Origin: Sneathiellales bacterium
GTDB taxonomy: Bacteria; Pseudomonadota; Alphaproteobacteria; JANQFL01
Direction: 5' to 3'
Assembly (NCBI GenBank): GCA_028277845.1
Contig: JANQFL010000087.1
Coordinates: 13,704 to 77,703 of the forward strand
DNA length: 64,000 nt
Shown: positions 46,212-58,345 of the stretch, in pieces
How positions within the stretch are numbered: the first letter of the stretch is position 1
How the letters are laid out: the number at the start of each line of letters is the position of its first letter
Notes under the pieces: model-generated
The model's input: the letters and a program-made list of their open reading frames with translations, nothing else
Database searches by the model: none
Told to the model about the DNA's origin: nothing
Made by a program: the position numbers and the translations under genes

Positions 46212-48575
46212 TTATTCCGCAGCAGCCTTGGCGCTGTTCAGTGTCTGCCAAACCTTCAAAGGCGTGGCCGGCATGTCGATGTCGGCACCGATGGCATCGG
46301 TCACGGCGTTGATCACCGCGGCCGGCGAGGCGATGGCGCCCGCTTCGCCCGCACCCTTGACGCCCAACGGATTGAGAGGCGAGGGAACCGGCGACATGCC
46401 GATGTCGATGCTGGGCAGGTCGTCGGCCCGCGGCATGGCGTAATCCATGTACGAACCGGTGACCAACTGGCCGCTATCGTCGTCGTAGACGCAGCCTTCC
46501 AGCAACGCCTGGCCGACGCCCTGGGCGATACCGCCATGGACCTGGCCTTCGACGATCATCGGATTGATGACGTTGCCGAAATCGTCGACCGCAGAATACT
46601 TGATGATATCGACGACGCCGGTATCGGGATCGACTTCCACCTCGGCGATATGCACACCCGACGGGAAGGAGAAGTTGAGCGGATCATAGAACGCGGTTTC
46701 GTCCAGACCCGGCTCGAGGCCTTCCGGATAGTTGTGCGGGACATAGGCCGCAAAGGCGACTTCGCCGATATTCATGGCCTTATCGGTACCGGCCACCGAG
46801 AAATTGCCGCCCGAGAACTCTATGTCCTCCTCGGCGGCTTCGAGCGCGTGCGCCGCGATCTTCTTGCCTTTCTCGATGATCTTGTCGGCTGCCTTCATGA
46901 TAGCGGAGCCGCCGACGGCGATCGACCGGGAACCGTAGGTGCCCATCCCGAACGGACCCTTGTCGGTGTCGCCTTCGACGACCTCGACGTTTTCGTAGGG
47001 CACGCCTAGTTTGTCTGCGACCACCTGGGCGAACGTCGTGGCGTGGCCCTGGCCGTGGCTGTGGGTACCGGCCAAAACGGTCACATTGCCGGTCGGGTTG
47101 AAGCGGATTTGCGCCGCCTCCCACAGACCGACGCCGCCGCCCAGCGCACCGACCGCCGCCGACGGCGCGATGCCGCAGGCTTCGATGTAGGCGCTCAGGC
47201 CGACACCGCGCAGCTTGCCGCGCGATTGCGCATCCGCCTTACGGGCCGCCAGGCCGTCATAATCGGCCAGCTTGAGAGCTTCCTCGAGGGCCTTGGGGTA
47301 ATCGCCGCAGTCGTAGGTGTGCACGACCGGTGTCTCGTACGGGAACGCGTCATTGGGAATGAAGTTCCGCCGGCGGATTTCCGCCGGATCCAAGCCCATT
47401 TCCCGGGCCGCATTCTCGACCAAGCGCTCGACCACATAGGTCGCTTCCGGCCGTCCGGCGCCGCGATAGGCATCCACCGGTGACGTGTTGGTGTAGACAC
47501 CCTTGACCTCGGCATAGATGACCGGCGTGGTGTACTGGCCGGCCAGCAACGTGGCGTACAGGTAGGTCGGCACCGCCGACGCGAAGGTCGACAGATAGGC
47601 GCCCAGATTGGCGATGGTGCTGACCCGCATGGCGATGAACTTGCCGTTCTCGTCCATGGCCATTTCGGCGTGGGTCACGTGGTCGCGGCCGTGGGCGTCG
47701 GAGAGGAACGATTCGGACCGTTCCGCCACCCACTTGATCGGCCGGTTGACCCGGCGCGAGGCCCAAAGCGTGGCCGTTTCCTCGGCATAGACGAAGATCT
47801 TCGAGCCGAAGCCGCCGCCCACATCCGGCGCGATCACGCGCAGTTTGTGTTCCGGCGCGACCTGCAGGAAGGCCGACATGATCAGACGGCAGACATGCGG
47901 ATTCTGGCTGGTGGTGTACAGCGTCATGTCCTCGGTGCCGGGGTCGTACTCGGCAACCGCTGCCCGCGGCTCCATGGCGTTGGGAATCAGCCGGTTGTTG
48001 ATCATGTCCAAGGATGTGACGTGATGGGCCTTCGAGAACGCCTCGTCGACCACCGCCTTGTCGCCCAGCTCCCAGTCGTAGCAGATGTTGCCGGGGATAT
48101 CGGCGTGGATCTGTGGCGCACCGGCCGCGGCGGCACCGGCGGTATCGGTCACGCTCGGCAGTTCGTCGTAGTCGACCTCGACCAACTCGGCGGCATCTTT
48201 CGCCTGGTTGTAGGTGTCAGCAACCACGATGGCGACATGGTCGCCGACATAGTTGACCTTGTCGACGGCGAGGGCCGGGTGCGCCGGCGCGTTCATCGGC
48301 GATCCGTCCTTGGAGCTGATCATCCAGCCGCAGATCAACGGGCCGATGCCGTCGGCGGCCATTTCCTGGCCGGTCAGAACGGCGACCACACCCGGCGCGG
48401 CCGCGGCGGCGCTGGTGTCGACGCCATTGATCTTGGCGTTGGCGTACGGCGAACGGACGAAGTAGGCGTAAGCCTGTCCGGGCCTGTTGATGTCGTCGAG
48501 ATAGTTGCCCTTGCCGGTCAGGAAGCGTTGGTCTTCCTTACGGACGGTGCGGGTGCCAATTCCATTGTCAGCCAT
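46212..48575 (-). CDS. coxL: aerobic-type CO dehydrogenase large subunit, form II (molybdopterin-binding)
   Basis: 787 aa molybdopterin-binding subunit; active-site loop AYRGAGR (47451-47471) is the form II signature rather than AYRCSFR of form I. Confidence 0.85.
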   Translation of the reverse strand: MADNGIGTRTVRKEDQRFLTGKGNYLDDINRPGQAYAYFVRSPYANAKINGVDTSAAAAAPGVVAVLTGQEMAADGIGPLICGWMISSKDGSPMNAPAHPALAVDKVNYVGDHVAIVVADTYNQAKDAAELVEVDYDELPSVTDTAGAAAAGAPQIHADIPGNICYDWELGDKAVVDEAFSKAHHVTSLDMINNRLIPNAMEPRAAVAEYDPGTEDMTLYTTSQNPHVCRLIMSAFLQVAPEHKLRVIAPDVGGGFGSKIFVYAEETATLWASRRVNRPIKWVAERSESFLSDAHGRDHVTHAEMAMDENGKFIAMRVSTIANLGAYLSTFASAVPTYLYATLLAGQYTTPVIYAEVKGVYTNTSPVDAYRGAGRPEATYVVERLVENAAREMGLDPAEIRRRNFIPNDAFPYETPVVHTYDCGDYPKALEEALKLADYDGLAARKADAQSRGKLRGVGLSAYIEACGIAPSAAVGALGGGVGLWEAAQIRFNPTGNVTVLAGTHSHGQGHATTFAQVVADKLGVPYENVEVVEGDTDKGPFGMGTYGSRSIAVGGSAIMKAADKIIEKGKKIAAHALEAAEEDIEFSGGNFSVAGTDKAMNIGEVAFAAYVPHNYPEGLEPGLDETAFYDPLNFSFPSGVHIAEVEVDPDTGVVDIIKYSAVDDFGNVINPMIVEGQVHGGIAQGVGQALLEGCVYDDDSGQLVTGSYMDYAMPRADDLPSIDIGMSPVPSPLNPLGVKGAGEAGAIASPAAVINAVTDAIGADIDMPATPLKVWQTLNSAKAAAE

Positions 48576-48576
48576 A

Positions 48577-49044
48577 TCAGCCTCCCATACCTTGCGCGCC
48601 GGCCTTCACGGCTTTGACGATGTTGTGGTAGCCCGTACAGCGGCAGATATTGCCATCCAGGTTTTCGCGGATGGTCTCTTCCGACGGATTGGGGTTGTTG
48701 TTGACCAGATCCACGGCGCTCATGACCATGCCCGGCGTGCAAAAACCGCATTGCAGTCCATGGTTTTCGCGGAATGCTTCCTGCATCGGATGCAGCTGAC
48801 CGTCCTTGGCCAGACCTTCGATGGTGGTGACGTCGGCGCCGTCGGCCTGCAAAGCCAGGGTCGTGCAGGATTTGACGCTGCGGCCGTCGACGTGGACGAC
48901 GCAGGCGCCGCATTGGCTGGTGTCGCAACCGATGTGCGTGCCGGTCAGTCCGAGTTGGTCCCGAATAAACTGCGAAAGCAGAGTCCGCGCTTCGACTTCG
49001 CCGGAATACTGCTTTCCGTTCACCGACATGGAGACGGTGGGCAT
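48577..49044 (-). CDS. coxS: CO dehydrogenase small subunit, [2Fe-2S]-binding
   Basis: Two [2Fe-2S] motifs (CDTSQCGAC and CGFCTPGM...CRCTGY); start at Met 12 of the ORF. Confidence 0.85.
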   Translation of the reverse strand: MPTVSMSVNGKQYSGEVEARTLLSQFIRDQLGLTGTHIGCDTSQCGACVVHVDGRSVKSCTTLALQADGADVTTIEGLAKDGQLHPMQEAFRENHGLQCGFCTPGMVMSAVDLVNNNPNPSEETIRENLDGNICRCTGYHNIVKAVKAGAQGMGG

Positions 49045-49250
49045 AAGGCTCCTCCCTTTGTCGCGATCCGGGTTCATGGCCCGGATGCTGGATTTGTGAA
49101 TGACAGATTTTTGGGATTAGTCCGCCAAATCTGCCCATAGTTTCAAACTGTTAATCAGCGGGGTCAACACAGAATTTGCGCAACCCCAGGCAATGCTTCT
49201 AAATTTTCTGTGGTCCTCCCCTCGAACGGTCTTTTTGTCCCGACACGAAA

Positions 49251-49859
49251 TCAGCCGCCGCGGGAAATGAAAAACAAGACGACCACGACAACGGCCGCCA
49301 GCACGAGCCCCCAAATCAATGAATTAGACTTGCCTGCGTTTTCCGCAAGGGCCGGCACGGCTTCAGCCTGCAATTCTTCCATGACAGTTTCGGGTATATC
49401 TTCCGCCGCCGCTTCCGCACCGCCGCCGACCAGTTCCCGGAAGGTGGAGAAAAACTCATCCGCCATCTTGCGAGCGGTACCATCCACCAGGCGCGATCCG
49501 ATCTGCGCCAGCTTGCCGCCGACTTTGGCTTCAACGGCGTAACGCAGGACGGTTGCAGTACCGTCTTCTTCCAGCGTCACCTTGGCTTCGCCCTTGCCGA
49601 AACCGGCAGCACCGCCTTTGCCTTCGCCGGAAAGGGTGTAGCCGTTCGGCGGATCCAGGTCGGACAGAGTCACGTGGCCTTTGAATTTGGCCTTCACCGG
49701 ACCGACTTTCGCGGTGACGTCGGCACTGAATTCGGTGTCTGAAATCTTTTCCAAGGATTCACAGCCGGGAATACATTGTTTGAGGATTTCGGGATCGTTG
49801 AGCGCTTCCCAGACTTGTGTCCGGCTGGCCGAAATCCGCTGCTCCCCGGTTAGCTCCAT
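49251..49859 (-). CDS. coxG: CoxG-family (SRPBCC) protein with C-terminal membrane anchor
   Basis: CoxG-like N-terminus (MELTGEQRISASRTQVWEALNDPEILKQCIPGCE) and C-terminal TM helix; start at Met 52 of the ORF. Confidence 0.7.
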   Translation of the reverse strand: MELTGEQRISASRTQVWEALNDPEILKQCIPGCESLEKISDTEFSADVTAKVGPVKAKFKGHVTLSDLDPPNGYTLSGEGKGGAAGFGKGEAKVTLEEDGTATVLRYAVEAKVGGKLAQIGSRLVDGTARKMADEFFSTFRELVGGGAEAAAEDIPETVMEELQAEAVPALAENAGKSNSLIWGLVLAAVVVVVLFFISRGG

Positions 49860-50047
49860 GCCTGATCCCCTCCGTGCCCTATTTTCCGTTAGGCTAACGG
49901 CCAGCATCTCAGTGGGCAAGCCCTGTGTACAGTATACAATAAATTTTCGATGATCGAGGTGAGGCCCTTGCGACGATATTGCTGTGGTTCTAGTTTCAGT
50001 CTCTCCGCGCACTGAGCGCGCGCTCCAAACAACAACAGAGTAGGCTT

Positions 50048-52138
<2,091 letters not shown>

Positions 52139-52216
52139 GACGCTGTCAGGTCCGCATTAATCCGCCATTAACCATAACCGGAGACCATTCCTGCCGATGA
52201 CGGCGAGAATGGTCTC

Positions 52217-52873
52217 ATGAGTTACGCGGTACGCTCCAGCATCGACGTAGCGCTCTGGTTTCACGACCGGGCGGATACCGGCGGCCGGCATCTATCCGCC
52301 CAAAAACTGCAAAGGCTGTTGCTGTTGACGCAAGCCGGGTATGCGCCGCAGGGCCTGGAAATCGCCTTCATGCCGGCGATATTCGTTCCTTCATCCATGG
52401 GGCCGGTGGACCCCAACATCTTCGCCTTGTTCGAGAACGGACTTCCCGCCATGACGCGCCACCCCATGTCGGAGAGGGCGGACGCGCACTTGAACGCCGT
52501 GTGGAATACATACGGTACTGCCGGCGCGGAGGACTTACGCGCCACAATCGACGGGAATCTGAGCTGCATGCGCCTGGTCGCAGGAAATGATTCGGCGGTT
52601 CCCAAACCGTCGGTGCCGCAAAACGCCAACGACGCGCCCAACAAAGAAACACATACCGTACCACCCAAGCCCAAACAGCCGGTGAAACCGCATATCATCA
52701 AAGGACAATCGGAGCGCGATTCGGGCAAATCCGATAAGGGCGGCAGTGTTCTGGCAGACCTTGCCCGGGATCTGCAAGACATGCAGAAACCAAAAAAGAA
52801 GACGGCGAAGAGCCCCATCTCGATCGGTCGCAAGGACGTGCGCAAATGGCATCCGCACAAGCGCGCCGACTAA
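52217..52873 (+). CDS. Panacea (DUF4065, SocA-like) domain protein with Lys/Pro-rich basic C-terminal tail
   Basis: N-terminal ~90 aa match the Panacea pattern as I recall it (DVALWFHDRA...LSAQKLQRLLLLTQAGY...MGPVDPNIFALF); C-terminal ~90 aa are low-complexity and basic. Confidence 0.5.
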   Translation: MSYAVRSSIDVALWFHDRADTGGRHLSAQKLQRLLLLTQAGYAPQGLEIAFMPAIFVPSSMGPVDPNIFALFENGLPAMTRHPMSERADAHLNAVWNTYGTAGAEDLRATIDGNLSCMRLVAGNDSAVPKPSVPQNANDAPNKETHTVPPKPKQPVKPHIIKGQSERDSGKSDKGGSVLADLARDLQDMQKPKKKTAKSPISIGRKDVRKWHPHKRAD

Positions 52874-52928
52874 GCCCACGAACGACCATCCCAAAACACG
52901 TTAACTATATGAAATATCGTTGAAATTT

Positions 52929-52960
52929 TGTCCGGACACATTAACTCGGGTGTCGGGACA
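52929..52960 (+). promoter_or_regulatory. pair of operator-like 10 bp palindromes upstream of the RHH-encoding ORF
   Basis: TGTCCGGACA (52929-52938, perfect palindrome) and TGTCGGGACA (52951-52960), centres 22 bp apart, ~100 bp upstream of the ATG at 53058. Confidence 0.3.
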
Positions 52961-53057
52961 CGATAGACGGTACGTTCCCACACGAAATGTGTTGTGATGA
53001 TTGCGTTGCGGCCGACATTGGCGGGAGCGCAACGAATTGCTGCAAGGACGACCAGCG

Positions 53058-53891
53058 ATGAGCAAGAAGACGGAAACACTCGAAGTCCGCGTGTCACCGG
53101 AACTGAAGGCCAGATTCACGGCCGTAAGCCGGGAGCGAGGCCAGCCCATGAGCCATATCATCCGGCATTTGATGCAACAGGAAATCGATTCGTATGCGCC
53201 AGACCCTCACCAGCACGGAGTACGCGCTATGAATTCATGGAAATTACACCGGTTCGGCACCATCGCAGCATCGGGACTCGTCGTTCTAGGCTTGGCACTC
53301 GCCATGAACGCGGCCACCCAGTCCACCGTTTCGGCCCGGGCGGACGTTCGCGTGACGTTTGCCGAAATGGACGTCAACGACGACGGCAAGATCACACAAC
53401 AGGAATACGAAACGTTCTGGAAGCAGATGGAGGAAGACTTCGAGCAGGAAGAGGACATTGCTCACGCGGACGACACTCCCGCGGCGTGCAAGGCCGATTT
53501 CGCCAAACTCGAAGAACTGGACCGCCATCACGGCCACGACCAATACCGTTATGATTTCTCGGCGGTCGACGGCAACAAGGATGGCGCCGTTCGTTATGCC
53601 GAGCTACAGTCCGCCTTCGACGTGATGCACACGGCCGAATTCCGGGAGATCGACCGGAACCAGGACGCGTTCCTGGACACCGGCGAACTCATGCGGGCTT
53701 TTCAGGAAGACGAACCCAGCCTCAGCAAGGCCTGTAAGGACGCCATGCTCGAATCCCACCCGGATGCGTTCGAGTTTCACGAAGACGATGCGCGGTTGAT
53801 CCTGGCGCAATTCGACGAAAACCGCGACCGGAAGATCAGCTTGCAGGAGTTTATCGAAAATCAGCCCGCCGATATCGGTTTCGGCGACTGA
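53058..53891 (+). CDS. predicted RHH (CopG-like) domain fused to a transmembrane helix and a periplasmic EF-hand domain; alternatively a signal-peptide EF-hand protein starting at 53229
   Basis: In-frame N-terminal RHH-like segment (LEVRVSPELKARFTAVSRERGQPMSHIIRHLMQQEI) with AAGGA RBS, then a hydrophobic helix with positive residues on the N-side, then canonical EF-hand loops (DVNDDGKITQQE, DGNKDGAVRYAE, DENRDRKISLQE). Confidence 0.5.
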   Translation: MSKKTETLEVRVSPELKARFTAVSRERGQPMSHIIRHLMQQEIDSYAPDPHQHGVRAMNSWKLHRFGTIAASGLVVLGLALAMNAATQSTVSARADVRVTFAEMDVNDDGKITQQEYETFWKQMEEDFEQEEDIAHADDTPAACKADFAKLEELDRHHGHDQYRYDFSAVDGNKDGAVRYAELQSAFDVMHTAEFREIDRNQDAFLDTGELMRAFQEDEPSLSKACKDAMLESHPDAFEFHEDDARLILAQFDENRDRKISLQEFIENQPADIGFGD

Positions 53892-53933
53892 TTGCCGGAC
53901 ATCGTTCGACGGTTACTTCGCAATGGAAGGCCC

Positions 53934-53964
53934 GGCCGGTGGGAGCGTGTTTTTCCCTCCGGCC
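53934..53964. terminator. possible bidirectional hairpin between convergent genes
   Basis: GGCCGGTGGGA - 9 nt loop - TCCCTCCGGCC (10/11 bp stem), with the T-run inside the loop. Confidence 0.3.
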
Positions 53965-53968
53965 GTCG

Positions 53969-54940
53969 TCATTCCGCCTTCTTTTTCATCTTCTCAAGCT
54001 GCTTTTTGAACTGCTCGCACGGATCGTTCGTGTCGACCCTGGGCGTGAACCACACGAAGTCGAATTTGTCCGCGTCTTCGTACGCGGCGATGTCCGTGGC
54101 ATCGTGGGAAACCTCGCGAAATCCGACACTGACAACGGTTCCATCCGGATCGATGATGCGCAGATAGAAGGGTACGCCACGATCCAACCTGGCGTGGCCG
54201 GCGCCGGTAATGAGAACGGCGCCGTCACGGCTCCCACCGTAGACCATGCGCTCCGACATCACCGCGTCGCGTGCACGCTGCACACGGGCAATGGCTGGAA
54301 CCGCATTGGGCGGTATCTGGTTGCAGTGAGACACGACGATTTCGTCCTCGAGTTCTTTCTGCAGCACTTCGGGAAACGGCTTGTCCAGCCCGGATTTACC
54401 GACCAAGTCCTGACCGAGGACAGCAAATCCCTGACGGGCGACACCGCGGTTGTTCTTACGCGGCAGGTTGGCCGCTACGACAGTCGCTCCGGCGGCGACA
54501 GCCGCATCGGCAATCGGTTGGTAGTTGGACCAGTCGGGCCAGCCGGATCGTTTCCATTCAATCCGTTCTCCGAGCCTACCCGCATCCGAATGCCCCTCGG
54601 ACAAATACGCGTCGATGACCGGCTGCTTGTCGGTTTCGATCATTTCGAAAGCCAAATCGGGCCGCCGGCCAGTGGCATAGACCGTCCGTGCCAGTTTGGC
54701 CTGAAGTCGGTGGTGATCGCGGTTGTCATGTTTCTCCCCAAGCAGAACATACCTGGCCCGCCGGACCGCGGCGGCGACGTCTTCCGCGGTGACAAACTGT
54801 TGCGTGCGTGTGGACCATATCTTGCCAATCAAGGGATGATCGGCGAGCGCCGAGTGATGCCAGTCGGACGCATCGGCCGAAAGCGGCCATACGAAGGCCA
54901 GAAGCGCGACAAGGAAGCCTTTGAACCCGCGCCTAGGCAT
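53969..54940 (-). CDS. ChaN-family (haem-binding/Tiki-like) periplasmic protein
   Basis: Signal peptide from internal Met (MPRRGFKGFLVALLAFVWPLSADA) and ChaN-like motif YVLLGEKHDNRDHH. Confidence 0.55.
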   Translation of the reverse strand: MPRRGFKGFLVALLAFVWPLSADASDWHHSALADHPLIGKIWSTRTQQFVTAEDVAAAVRRARYVLLGEKHDNRDHHRLQAKLARTVYATGRRPDLAFEMIETDKQPVIDAYLSEGHSDAGRLGERIEWKRSGWPDWSNYQPIADAAVAAGATVVAANLPRKNNRGVARQGFAVLGQDLVGKSGLDKPFPEVLQKELEDEIVVSHCNQIPPNAVPAIARVQRARDAVMSERMVYGGSRDGAVLITGAGHARLDRGVPFYLRIIDPDGTVVSVGFREVSHDATDIAAYEDADKFDFVWFTPRVDTNDPCEQFKKQLEKMKKKAE

Positions 54941-56615
54941 AATAAAGCAGCAGATAGATGGCGAGCAGGACCGCCACCCACAGTACCGTACTGCCCGTGG
55001 GCCAGGTGCGTGCCAGAATGCCTTGCGGTCCATGATGGCGGAAAACACCGGCAACGATGGTGTCGAGGTTGCGCCGGGTCCAAACGCTTGCCGACTTGTT
55101 GAACTGGACGATGGCATCGGTCAACCGGTCGACGATCACATATCCGAACACCCGGTAGAACCAATCGAAGTCCAGCGTGATGGTCAGCGTGCGTTTCATC
55201 ATCGGCAGCAGCACGAAGAAGGCCAGCCCTGCAAACAACAGCAATTGAAGCATATTGATCACGTGGGCAGCGGTGTACGGCGCGTACTGGACCGGATACG
55301 GCAATAGATCGTAGAGGAACTGGGGCCATAGTCCGATGCCGATGCAGGCCGCCGCGAACAGAATCATGGCGAGCCGCATATTCCACGGCGGATCGGGGGG
55401 CCGCATGCCGGAATCCTTCTGGAAGAACACGAACCACGGGAACTTGATGCCGGCATGCAGGAAGACGCCGGCGGACGCGGCGGTCAGCAGGAACCAGATG
55501 ATGGCCATGTGCTCGTCCGCCGCGCCTTGGCTGATCATGGATTTCGATACGAATCCCGATGTCCACGGGAACGACGAAATGGCCAGGGCACCGATGGTAC
55601 CGCATAGTGCCGTCAGCGGCATGCTTTGAAACAGTCCGCCGAGGTCGGTGCATTTGCGCTTGCCGGTCATGTACAGCACCGCACCGGCCGACATGAGCAG
55701 CAACGCCTTGTAGATGATGTGGGTAAAGGCATGGGCGGCGGCGCCATTCAGGCTCATCTCCGTACCGATGCCGATGCCCGTGACCATGAACCCGACCTGA
55801 TTGACGATGCTGTAGGCGAGAATGCGCCGCATGTCGTTTTCCAGCAGCGCATAGACGATGCCGTAGAACACCATGAAGATGCCGATATAGATCAGGATCT
55901 CGGTGCCGGGAAACCCGCGCATGAGGACATAGACCGCCGTCTTGGTGGTAAAGGCGGAGAGGAACACCGTACCGCTCCACGACGCCTCGGGATAGGCATC
56001 GGGCAGCCAGGCCGAGAGCGGCGGCGCACCGGCGTTGAGCAGGAAACCGGCGAGGATCATCCAGGTCCCGAAACTGTCGGCTTCCATGGCGCCGAAAGCC
56101 AGCGATCCGGTATCCGCCACATGGGCGACGATGCCGGTCATCAGCACGACGCCGCCCAGCAAGTGTATGATCAGATAGCGGATGGAGGCGCGGTAGGCCG
56201 CGGTCGTGGCGGCGCTCCAAATCACCATGGTCGACGCCACCGCCATGATTTCCCAGAACACGAAGGCGGTGAACAGATCACCGGCCATGGCCACGCCGAT
56301 GGCGCTGCCCGCATACACGAACCCCGCGACCAGTTCGACGGTGCGGTCCTGATTGAGCGCGAACAGGCCGCCGCCGAATGCCATGATGGCGAAGATGGTG
56401 GCGAACAGCCGTCCCAGCGAATCGGCCCGGACCGGCTCTATCACGTAGTCGAGGAACGGCAAAGCCGAAACCATGTCGCCCGGCACCTGCCAGATCGCGA
56501 ACAAAGCGAGCAACGGGAGCGCCAGAGTAAACACGGCGCGGATAGTCCGTCCGCCAAATAGAAGCAACGCGGCACCGAGGATCAGGATGAGGCCGGGCGG
56601 AAGGCTAGTCAGCAT
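54933..56615 (-). CDS. proton-pumping antiporter-like subunit (MrpD/NuoL/M/N family)
   Basis: 560 aa polytopic membrane protein with antiporter-module-like helices. Confidence 0.75.
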   Translation of the reverse strand: MLTSLPPGLILILGAALLLFGGRTIRAVFTLALPLLALFAIWQVPGDMVSALPFLDYVIEPVRADSLGRLFATIFAIMAFGGGLFALNQDRTVELVAGFVYAGSAIGVAMAGDLFTAFVFWEIMAVASTMVIWSAATTAAYRASIRYLIIHLLGGVVLMTGIVAHVADTGSLAFGAMEADSFGTWMILAGFLLNAGAPPLSAWLPDAYPEASWSGTVFLSAFTTKTAVYVLMRGFPGTEILIYIGIFMVFYGIVYALLENDMRRILAYSIVNQVGFMVTGIGIGTEMSLNGAAAHAFTHIIYKALLLMSAGAVLYMTGKRKCTDLGGLFQSMPLTALCGTIGALAISSFPWTSGFVSKSMISQGAADEHMAIIWFLLTAASAGVFLHAGIKFPWFVFFQKDSGMRPPDPPWNMRLAMILFAAACIGIGLWPQFLYDLLPYPVQYAPYTAAHVINMLQLLLFAGLAFFVLLPMMKRTLTITLDFDWFYRVFGYVIVDRLTDAIVQFNKSASVWTRRNLDTIVAGVFRHHGPQGILARTWPTGSTVLWVAVLLAIYLLLYYA

Positions 56616-56859
56616 CGTAGTAACGATCCTTCCGCTTCAAGAACACGCCCAGCCCCTTGGCGAAAAACACCATGACCGCGCAGGTCACAAAGCCGTACCA
56701 GGAAAAGAACCCGAACGTTCCATCGAGCCCGAAATGCGGGTGGCCGACGAGCCAGATGTCGGCAAGGACAAACAGGGCAAGCCCCGCCAGCCCGCCACGC
56801 CAGAGCCAGCGGATCGTGTTGGGCCGGACCAGCCAATGCAGGTCTTGTTGCTTGCTCAT
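56605..56859 (-). CDS. small hypothetical membrane protein
   Basis: 84 codons from internal Met (MSKQQDLHWLVRP...), two predicted TM helices, overlapping-stop arrangement between two antiporter-like genes. Confidence 0.35.
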   Translation of the reverse strand: MSKQQDLHWLVRPNTIRWLWRGGLAGLALFVLADIWLVGHPHFGLDGTFGFFSWYGFVTCAVMVFFAKGLGVFLKRKDRYYDAD

Positions 56860-58337
56860 TGCGGCATTCCCGTCAAAAAGCGCGCCAGGGTCAATGGCAA
56901 ATCGGGCGTGAACGCGAGAACGACCGTACCTGCCGCGGTCAATGTGAGCGCCGCGACACAGGTCCACGGGGCTTCGCCGTGATCATGGTCGTGACCATGG
57001 CCATGGGATTGGTCCGACGCATGTCCATCCTCGGGCTTGAAAAACGCGGCGTAGATGATCGGAACGAAATATCCGGCGTTCAATAGCGTACTGATGATCA
57101 AAACACCCGCGGCCACCATTTGGCCGCTATCGACCGCACCCATCAGGATGTACCACTTGCTGATGAAACCGGCCGTCGGTGGCAATCCGATCATGGACAG
57201 GGCGGCCACGGCGAAGGCGCCCATGGTCCATGGCATGCGCCGGCCGATGCCGTTGAGCTGGCTGACCTCCGTCTTGTGGCTGGCGACCAGTATGGCGCCG
57301 GCGCAAAAAAACAGCGTGATCTTGCCGAACGCATGCATGGCGACATGCAGGGTGCCGCCGACGATCCCCAGCGGCGTGGCCAGCATGGCGGCCAGAACGA
57401 TGTAGGACAACTGGCTCACCGTGGAGTAGGCGAGGCGCCGCTTGATATTGTCCTGGCGCAGGGCGACCAGAGACGCGATCACGATGGTGGCCCCGGCCAG
57501 ATAGACGAAGAACTGCCCGGAAGCCAGACCGGACACCACGTCGATCCCGAACACATAGACGACCACCTTGAGCACCGAGAATACGCCGGCCTTGACCACG
57601 GCCACGGCATGCAGCAAGGCACTGACCGGCGTCGGCGCCACCATGGCGGCCGGCAACCAGCGATGGAACGGCATGACGGCCGCCTTGCCGATGCCGAAGA
57701 CGTACAGAGCCAGCAGGACGGATAGGACGGTGCCCGATGCGCCCTGGCCGAAAATACCGCCGTCCTGGAAGTCGAGGGTGCCCGCCAAGTGCATGGTCCA
57801 GATGACCGCCGGCAGCAGGAAACCGATGGACGTGGCCAAAAGAATGCCCAGATAGGTCCGGCCGCCGGCCTTGGCGTTGTCGGTGCCGGCGTGGGTCACC
57901 AGCGGATAGGTGGACAGGGTCAGGACTTCGTAGAACACCAGCAGCGAAAACAGGTTGCCGGAAAACGCGACGCCGATGGCCGCCGAGATGGCGATGGCGA
58001 AACACACATAAAAACGGGTCTGGTTCTGCTCGTTATGTCCGCGCATGTAGCCGATGGCGTAGACCGAGGTCACGATCCACAAGAAACTGGCGACCAGGGC
58101 GAACAGCATGCCCAGGGGTTCGAGTGTGAACGAAAGCGTAATCGCGGGCAGCACTTCGAACAGCAACACCGCCGGCCGCTGGCCGTCCATAACGCCGGAC
58201 ACCAGGGAGGCCACGGTCAGAAACGTGATGGTCGCCGTGGACAGGGTGACGGCTTCACGCAGGTTCGGTGAGCGCCCGGTCACGGCGATCAGCACCGCGC
58301 CGATGAGCGGCGCCACGAACGCAACGATCATCGCCAT
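56856..58337 (-). CDS. proton-pumping antiporter-like subunit (MrpD/NuoM-like) with His-rich segment near the C-terminus
   Basis: Polytopic membrane protein of the MrpD/NuoM type; HASDQSHGHGHDHDHGEAP at ~56966-57025. Confidence 0.75.
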   Translation of the reverse strand: MAMIVAFVAPLIGAVLIAVTGRSPNLREAVTLSTATITFLTVASLVSGVMDGQRPAVLLFEVLPAITLSFTLEPLGMLFALVASFLWIVTSVYAIGYMRGHNEQNQTRFYVCFAIAISAAIGVAFSGNLFSLLVFYEVLTLSTYPLVTHAGTDNAKAGGRTYLGILLATSIGFLLPAVIWTMHLAGTLDFQDGGIFGQGASGTVLSVLLALYVFGIGKAAVMPFHRWLPAAMVAPTPVSALLHAVAVVKAGVFSVLKVVVYVFGIDVVSGLASGQFFVYLAGATIVIASLVALRQDNIKRRLAYSTVSQLSYIVLAAMLATPLGIVGGTLHVAMHAFGKITLFFCAGAILVASHKTEVSQLNGIGRRMPWTMGAFAVAALSMIGLPPTAGFISKWYILMGAVDSGQMVAAGVLIISTLLNAGYFVPIIYAAFFKPEDGHASDQSHGHGHDHDHGEAPWTCVAALTLTAAGTVVLAFTPDLPLTLARFLTGMPQ

Positions 58338-58345
58338 CTGGTCCG

